A stretch of DNA of 15,100 bases, taken from assembly GCF_965212735.1 (NCBI RefSeq), contig NZ_CBDBYJ010000003.1:86998-102097 (forward strand), read 5' to 3'. Numbering within the stretch: the first letter of the stretch is position 1; every line of letters starts with the position of its first letter. This document shows positions 9,956 to 15,100 of this stretch, piece by piece. Both the position numbers and the translations under genes were made by a program. The DNA is from Mycoplasma todarodis (GTDB taxonomy: Bacteria; Bacillota_I; Bacilli_A; Mycoplasmatales; Metamycoplasmataceae). Under the pieces are notes generated by a model that saw only the letters and a program-made list of their open reading frames with translations, ran no database searches and was not told the DNA's origin.

Positions 9956-10912
9956 TTAAATCTCCTTTAATGTCATAGCATCAACAGGTGTTTGTTCCGC
10001 TACCTTTTGTACTTTCCCATCTTTAACGTGAATAACCTTGTTTGCAAGTTGTGCAACATTAGGGTTATGTGTAACAACGATAACTGTTGTTTTGTTTTTC
10101 TTATTAATTTCTTGGAATAATTGGAAAACCTTAAGCGAAGTATGTGTGTCTAAAGCACCTGTTGGTTCATCACCAATCAGGATGTCGGGTGTTTTAGCAA
10201 GAGCTCTAGCAATAGAAACCCTTTGTTGTTGTCCCCCAGATAATTCATAAGTTCTCTTTTTAGACTGCGGTTCCATCTCTAGTTGATTTAGTATTTCTTC
10301 AACACTTTGACGTTTATGTGCGTCTTTTTGTAAAGATCTACCAACCTCAACATTATCACTAACATTAAGTGAAGGAAGTAAGTTATATGATTGGAAAACA
10401 AATCCAACATGGTCTCTTCTAAATCTAGTAAGTTCAACATCTTTTAAGGCAGAAAGATTTCTGTCAGCTACAACAACATCTCCTGATGTAGGTCTATCTA
10501 AACCTGAGATGATGTTAAGCAGTGTTGTTTTACCCGATCCAGATGGTCCAAGGATTACAACGAAATCACCCTTCTGAATTGAAAGGGATGTTGATTGTAG
10601 AGCGATAAATTTAAGAGTTTTAGTTGTATAAACTTTCTTTACATAAGATAAATCGATAATATTACCTTTAATGTTTTTTAAGTTTCTAGCACCTTTAGGT
10701 CTTTTGTTTTCTTGGTTAATAAATTTAATATCTTTTTTATCTTGGATTTCTTGATGTCTTTCTTCAGACTTTAATCTTCTTCTATTAACTTTTACTTCTT
10801 GTGTATGTTCTTTAACTTCACGTTTCATGATTCTTAGTTTTAAACGTTCAGCTCTTGATGGTTTTTTTGTTTCCTCTTGTTTTTGAGTGTTTTTATTTTG
10901 GTTCTTTTTCAT
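9956..10912 (-). CDS. ABC transporter ATP-binding protein, MacB/LolD-type, with basic N-terminal extension
   Basis: Walker A GPSGSGKTTLLN, signature LSGGQQQRVSIARALA, Walker B DILIGDEPTGALD, H-loop VVTHNP. It ends 1 nt before the permease ATG. Confidence 0.97.
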   Translation of the reverse strand: MKKNQNKNTQKQEETKKPSRAERLKLRIMKREVKEHTQEVKVNRRRLKSEERHQEIQDKKDIKFINQENKRPKGARNLKNIKGNIIDLSYVKKVYTTKTLKFIALQSTSLSIQKGDFVVILGPSGSGKTTLLNIISGLDRPTSGDVVVADRNLSALKDVELTRFRRDHVGFVFQSYNLLPSLNVSDNVEVGRSLQKDAHKRQSVEEILNQLEMEPQSKKRTYELSGGQQQRVSIARALAKTPDILIGDEPTGALDTHTSLKVFQLFQEINKKNKTTVIVVTHNPNVAQLANKVIHVKDGKVQKVAEQTPVDAMTLKEI

Positions 10913-10920
10913 AATTAGAA

Positions 10921-10928
10921 ACCTCCTT
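10921..10928 (-). promoter_or_regulatory. Strong Shine-Dalgarno AAGGAGGT of the ABC ATPase gene
   Basis: Minus strand reads CAAGGAGGTTTCTAATTATG. Confidence 0.8.
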
Positions 10929-10959
10929 GTTTTTTAGTCTTTTAAAAAAGTCAAGGAAA
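10922..10959 (-). promoter_or_regulatory. Candidate SD-sequestering hairpin between the hypothetical gene and the ABC ATPase gene
   Basis: Minus-strand RNA UUUCCUUG-AC-UUUUUU-AAAAGACU-AAAAAA-CAAGGAGG: an 8-bp stem (6 Watson-Crick, 2 GU), a 2-nt bulge, then 6 U-A pairs and an 8-nt loop. Confidence 0.45.
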
Positions 10960-11325
10960 TTACTCTAGTGTAAGTGGGAATTCAGAATAGAAACGATTTA
11001 CATATGTACTTTCATTACAATCTGAATATTCAACTTTTTCAATAATATTAAGAGTTAAAACGAACGCAACAAAATCTGCAATCACTGTTGCATCTTTAAG
11101 ATTAATCTTCTCATTAAAGTCAAAGTTAACAATTACTTTCGCTAATTCTTTAACTTCTTTTTTAGAATAATCATATTCATCGTGTAACTTGATCACTCTT
11201 CACATTAGTTTGTATAGTTTTCTAACGCTTAGATACTGAACAAGTTCTATGTCGATAAATAAACCCGTTAAAAGTCTTTTTAACTTCTTATATAGGGCCT
11301 TTTTATCTCTTTTCTTAATATTCAT
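10960..11325 (-). CDS. Hypothetical protein (121 aa), first gene of the putative ABC operon
   Basis: MNIKKRDKKALYKKLKRLLTGLFIDIELVQYLSVRKLYKLMWRVIKLHDEYDYSKKEVKELAKVIVNFDF... Upstream ATG joined to track ORF 10960..11196 through a TGA(Trp). Confidence 0.7.
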
Positions 11326-11331
11326 ATAAGT

Positions 11332-11337
11332 ATTTTA
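11332..11337 (-). promoter_or_regulatory. Candidate -10 TAAAAT for the ABC operon (leaderless layout)
   Basis: Minus strand AATAGGGTAAAAT-ACTTAT-ATG: 6 nt between the hexamer and the start codon. Confidence 0.4.
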
Positions 11338-11380
11338 CCCTATTTACATTAAATAAGTATTTAATGAGTGATTTTGCAAT

Positions 11381-11405
11381 AAAAAAATGAGAACATTTCT
11401 CATTT
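11381..11405 (-). terminator. Intrinsic terminator of the 274-aa lipoprotein gene
   Basis: AAATGAGAA CAT TTCTCATTT: perfect 9-bp stem with a 3-nt loop, followed by a T-run on the - strand. Confidence 0.85.
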
Positions 11406-11411
11406 AATATT

Positions 11412-12236
11412 TTAGTACATATTCATTATTGAAAGAACTCATTGAGCCTCAAAGTTGTTACCTTCTTCTACAAATTCTTTTGAACTAAGACCTTGCATGT
11501 TTGGTCTGTTTTTCTTAAGATCGTATTTTTCACCTGGTTTCGCAATTTCTATAACTGGTTTAGCTAAATCAAGATCTCCTTTTGGTAGAATAAATTCTTT
11601 ACCTTTAATTCATTCTGCATAAATATCTGAATCTATAAATTCTAATGCTAACTTGTGATAAGCTCTTAACATTGATTTATATGCTTCAAATCCACCTTTT
11701 GGTAAGTTAGCAAATCCTTGTAATTTTGTACCAAACGTAATTCCTTGACTTGACTGTGCAGCAACATAAACGGCCATCGCTGGATTATCAGCTAACATTA
11801 ATTTTATTACACTTTTTTCTTCAACTTTATCAAACCCCAATGCAATAGCGGCATTAGCATCGTTTATTGTTTTGTTTAATTCTGATAAATCTCAAACAAC
11901 AACTTTATCTTTAAATTTTAATTTAATAAATTTGGCATCAGTCTTAATTTTACCCATGTATGATTTGATTTTTTCAAAAGTGGCTTCTTTATCTTTTGGA
12001 TTTATAGTACCAATGATGGATGCTTTTTCTGGCATGTAGTTATTTAATGTTTCATTTATTTTAGAAAATAGCTCTGCCGGTGTTTTCATTTCTTCGACAT
12101 TTATTGTTACAGTACCTTTTTCATCTGCTTTATTTGTATCTTTCTTACCACAAGAAATAACTGTGGCTACAGGGACAGCAACTACCGCAACAGCAGCTAA
12201 TGCACCTAATGATATTTGTTTTTTTGATATATTCAT
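11412..12236 (-). CDS. Lipoprotein of unknown function (274 aa)
   Basis: MNISKKQISLGALAAVAVVAVPVATVISCGKKDTNK: signal peptide plus lipobox cysteine. ORFs 11892..12236 and 11610..11840 are in frame through TGA, and the frame continues to TAA at 11412-11414. Confidence 0.88.
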
Positions 12237-12240
12237 ATAT

Positions 12241-12247
12241 ACCTCCT
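12241..12247 (-). promoter_or_regulatory. Shine-Dalgarno AGGAGGT of the 274-aa lipoprotein gene
   Basis: Minus strand TAGGAGGTATATATG. Confidence 0.75.
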
Positions 12248-12278
12248 ATTTAAAATGACAGCTTAATTCGCTATTCAT
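12246..12278 (-). other. Candidate 10-codon upstream ORF (MNSELSCHFK*) in the lipoprotein leader
   Basis: ATG AAT AGC GAA TTA AGC TGT CAT TTT AAA TAG. The TAG runs into the SD (TAGGAGGT). Confidence 0.3.
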
Positions 12279-12311
12279 CTTTTCAATTTTACCTTATACA
12301 TTATAAAGAAA

Positions 12312-12980
12312 CTAACTTTTTTTAATTGTAGCTCACATTCTCGGATACCCTTTTGGTGTAGGTTTTTCCTTTAAATACACTATTAAATTGTTATTTTTGT
12401 TCTCAGAAATAACTTCTTTTCTTTTTGCTCAAATTCCAAATTTTTTAGCTGTTTGTACCGCTTCTTCGATTTCGATATGAGCTTTTGGACCCTTCACGAA
12501 TACAAATAAACCATTCACTTTACCAACGTGATGTGATGCTTCTAATAGATGTTTAAATTTGACAACCGCTCTAGCTGTAACGATATCAAATCTTTCAACT
12601 TCTTTTGAGTCTTCAACACGTATTTTTTGAACTTCAACACCCAAGTTTAATTCATCAGAAACTTTATTTAAGAAGTCTACTCTTTTACCCATTGGTTCAT
12701 AGATTACTAAATCCATTTCCGGATGTGCAATAGCATAGGGTATTGACGGGAACCCTGCACCTGCTCCTATATCTAACATTAATTTACCTTTTGAATCTTT
12801 AATACCTGTTTCAAGAGCAATAATTGATTCGTATATACCTTCTTCTCACAATCTGTCTTCTGTAAATCCAGTTAAATTCATGTGCTTATTTGTTTCTTCA
12901 ATCATGTCAACATATTGACATAATTTATTGAATATTTCTTCGTTATTTATATGTGATTTTGTTTTTTCTTTAAATGTCAT
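12312..12980 (-). CDS. rsmG: 16S rRNA (guanine-N7) methyltransferase RsmG (GidB)
   Basis: ...[31 protein letters not shown]...LMLDIGAGAGFPSIPYAI...RVEDSKEVERFDIVTARAV...FVFVKGPK. SAM-binding DIGAGAGFP and the typical N-terminal NLTG region. 222 aa. Confidence 0.93.
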
Positions 12981-12986
12981 AAAAAC

Positions 12987-12992
12987 ATTATA
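12987..12992 (-). promoter_or_regulatory. Candidate -10 TATAAT for rsmG (leaderless layout)
   Basis: Minus strand TATAAT-GTTTTT-ATG: 6 nt to the start codon, no SD. Confidence 0.45.
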
Positions 12993-12999
12993 AAAGAAA

Positions 13000-13014
13000 A
13001 GTCCTAAAAGGACT
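13000..13014 (-). terminator. Weak intrinsic terminator of the 411-aa lipoprotein gene
   Basis: AGTCC TTTTA GGACT followed by TTTTCTTTTAT on the - strand. Confidence 0.6.
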
Positions 13015-13017
13015 AAT

Positions 13018-14253
13018 CTAGTTACTTGGTTTAACTCTAAAAAGAGTGGCCATAAATGTGTTTGCTATATTTTCAACTTCACCATCTCTAAATCTATTAT
13101 CTTTTAGTCATTCTTTAAATAAATTATCTTGCATCATAGACTTAAAAATATTTCCGTAACCAACAGCAAGTTCTGGAATGAAGTTTAATGCTGGTTCATC
13201 TTTCTTCATTGGTCCAATCATTGTAAGCAGTCTTGTTGTTGTTGTATCTATAGTAACCACACTTTTAAACTCATCCGCAAACGCCTGAGCTATTTTATTT
13301 TTTGTAAATATAGAAGCATCAGCAAATTCATCGTCGTCTAATATAGAATTTGATTTGTATTTATCTAATAATTTCTTCCCATTTTCAATTAATGCACTTA
13401 GATTTATCTTACCTTTATTTCCTCCAATTACAGAGTTCATATTAGTTAAATCGATTGTGTTGGAAGAGTTCTTATATTTTATAACCAATTTGTTTACACC
13501 TGCTTTACTTGCAGTATCTAAAGATTTTCAAATATCTGCCATTGTTAATGGATTTACGTTATTGTCTTTCTTTAAAGAAACATATCTTGTTGGATCATCA
13601 CTGAATAAATATCCTAATGATTTAGCTATTTTAAATACCAATTCATTTAAGTGATATTTATTATTCATGTAGTCAAGTGATTCTAAATTAATATTTATTG
13701 TTTGTCCCGTTAGCGAAACCATATTATCAAATTCTTTCGAAACCTTAGTAGCTGGTTCAAATCAATTCATTCAAATTCCTCTCCTGAAGTTGTTTTGAAT
13801 TTTTTTTGTAAAAACCCCTTTATTCCCTATTTCAAAACCAGGTTTATTTAATTTAATTTTTAAACGCACCTCGTCATCTATAGATAAATCACTTGTTAGG
13901 GGTAATTTTGTCTTGGGATCTACTTTAACAGGTTCAAATGCTGCAGCATTTCCTTTTTTATAATATTTAACAAAATACTCATATGTTGCTCCAGCTTCTT
14001 TTAAAAGTGTCATTTTGTTTGGTGATGCCAATAATTTAAATGAGGCTTGACCATCAATAGGATCTTTACCATTTTGACCAATGATACGTAAATCCTCAGC
14101 ATGTACATCTATTTTTTTACTTTGACCATTAATAGCATCATTAATATTGTTGTTAATCTTGTTTGAATCGCCACAAGAAACTACAGCAACAACAGGTGTT
14201 GCAGCCACTAGCAATGTTGATGATGTAAGCAATAGTTTACGTTTTAATTTCAT
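13018..14253 (-). CDS. Lipoprotein of unknown function (411 aa)
   Basis: MKLKRKLLLTSSTLLVAATPVVAVVSCGDSNK: lipobox. ORFs 13771..14259, 13528..13722 and 13108..13488 share one frame and are separated only by TGA(Trp). It ends at TAG 13018-13020. ATG 14253 with upstream AGGTG is preferred over GTG 14259. Confidence 0.88.
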
Positions 14254-14275
14254 AGGCACCTACTTTTCTTTGTCT

Positions 14276-14281
14276 ATTATA
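14276..14281 (-). promoter_or_regulatory. Candidate -10 TATAAT for the 411-aa lipoprotein gene
   Basis: Minus strand TATAATAGACAAAGAAAAGTAGGTGCCTATG. Confidence 0.5.
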
Positions 14282-14303
14282 ACAATATTGTTAATATTAA
14301 AAA

Positions 14304-14319
14304 AATACCCTTAGGTATT
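14304..14319 (-). terminator. Intrinsic terminator of the deoxynucleoside kinase genes
   Basis: AATACC TAAG GGTATT followed by TTTTT on the - strand. Confidence 0.75.
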
Positions 14320-14321
14320 GA

Positions 14322-14951
14322 TTAGATTATTTTTGCTTCTTTTAGAATTGCATCCGTTGCTTCTTTAACTTGCTCTTGATTCATTTTATCAGTATCAATA
14401 AAGGCTGAATCGATATCATATCTATTAAAGATTTTTTTCATTATTGTTTCATAAGTTTGGATGTGTTCTTTTCAGAATTCTTCATTTTCTTTGAATGAAT
14501 TAATCTCAACTTTTCTATTTCTAGTAAAGATTCTTTCTTTGAAAACTTCTCATGAACATGTAAGAACGATGTATTTTTTAGGGTAACCATATTCCTCAAG
14601 TAAGAATTTGATTGTCTTGTCTAAATACTCTTCAAATAAGTCGTATCTTTTTTCTTTAAGTTTTGCTCTAGCAAAGATTTCTGTTTCAAAGATTGATCTA
14701 TCTAAAACGTGTAATTCATCTGCGAATGCAAATTTCTTTCACATTTGTTCTCTTCTTTTAGCAAAGAATAGTTGTACAACTTCAGTTGAAACTCTATCTC
14801 CTGAATATGTACCTTTTAAGATTTCTTCTTGAACAACATTACCTTCAATTAGTTCATCAACGTAAGGGTGCCCTAATGAGGCTACAAGTGTTGATTTACC
14901 AACAGCAACTGGTCCACCAACAACGATTAGGTTTGCGTATTTTTTATCCAT
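14322..14951 (-). CDS. Deoxynucleoside kinase (dGK/dAK-like), 209 aa
   Basis: MDKKYANLIVVGGPVAVGKSTLVASLG (P-loop), LHVLDRSIFETEIFARKLFK (DRS motif), ...ATDAILKEAKII*. Joined through TGA(Trp). Confidence 0.9.
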
Positions 14952-15100
14952 GAGCAATTCCTTTCTTATCTAGTAAGTCTTTAGCTGTTGCTAGAACTTG
15001 ATCTTCATCCATTTCATCCGTATTCATAAACACATGAGGAATGTCATATTCTGTAAAGATTTCTTCCATGAATTTTTGGTAATTATTAATTTGGTATTTA
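14944..15100 (-). CDS. 3' end of a second deoxynucleoside kinase paralog (partial)
   Basis: ...KYQINNYQKFMEEIFTEYDIPHVFMNTDEMDEDQVLATAKDLLDKKGIAHG*. It aligns with the C-terminus of the downstream kinase (METIMKKIFNRYDIDSAFIDTDKMNQEQVKEATDAIL). Its stop overlaps the next ATG by 8 nt. Confidence 0.75.
   Translation of the reverse strand, partial: KYQINNYQKFMEEIFTEYDIPHVFMNTDEMDEDQVLATAKDLLDKKGIAHG

Noticed and set aside
13771-14259. A separate 162-aa lipoprotein followed by two other small ORFs, possibly a truncated pseudogene.
   Set aside because: The stop at 13771-13773 is TGA(Trp) and the frame continues unbroken to TAG at 13018-13020.
1-15100. CRISPR arrays, transposase genes, toxin-antitoxin or phage modules, tRNA clusters.
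   Set aside because: No regularly spaced repeats, recombinase or transposase motifs, or tRNA-like cloverleaf sequences were seen by reading either strand.

Overview
The window looks like a gene-dense, AT-rich Mollicutes chromosomal segment that reads TGA as Trp (genetic code 4). Many supplied minus-strand ORFs are fragments of longer genes interrupted only by in-frame TGA. Joining them gives, on the + strand, the 3' end of an unknown gene and a HIT-family protein. On the - strand, in transcription order, it gives two overlapping deoxynucleoside kinase paralogs (the first partial), a 411-aa lipoprotein, rsmG, a 274-aa lipoprotein, a small hypothetical protein, an MacB/LolD-type ABC ATPase with a basic N-terminal extension, a 1255-aa FtsX-type permease, a DUF368-like membrane protein, lysS (class II), and three tandem Cof-type HAD hydrolases. 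I found no tRNA or rRNA, mobile element, CRISPR array or obvious defence system. The content is mostly ordinary. Points worth a second look: (1) a repeated promoter layout predicting leaderless mRNAs for several genes that lack a Shine-Dalgarno; (2) a hairpin that would sequester the SD of the ABC ATPase gene, placed directly after the preceding stop codon; (3) a 10-codon uORF ending on the SD of a lipoprotein gene; (4) a DUF368/PopT-like polyprenyl-phosphate transporter candidate in a wall-less lineage; (5) terminator hairpins that contain the stop codon; (6) promoter-CDS-terminator HAD duplications. All calls come from reading the sequence by hand. No database search or folding was run.
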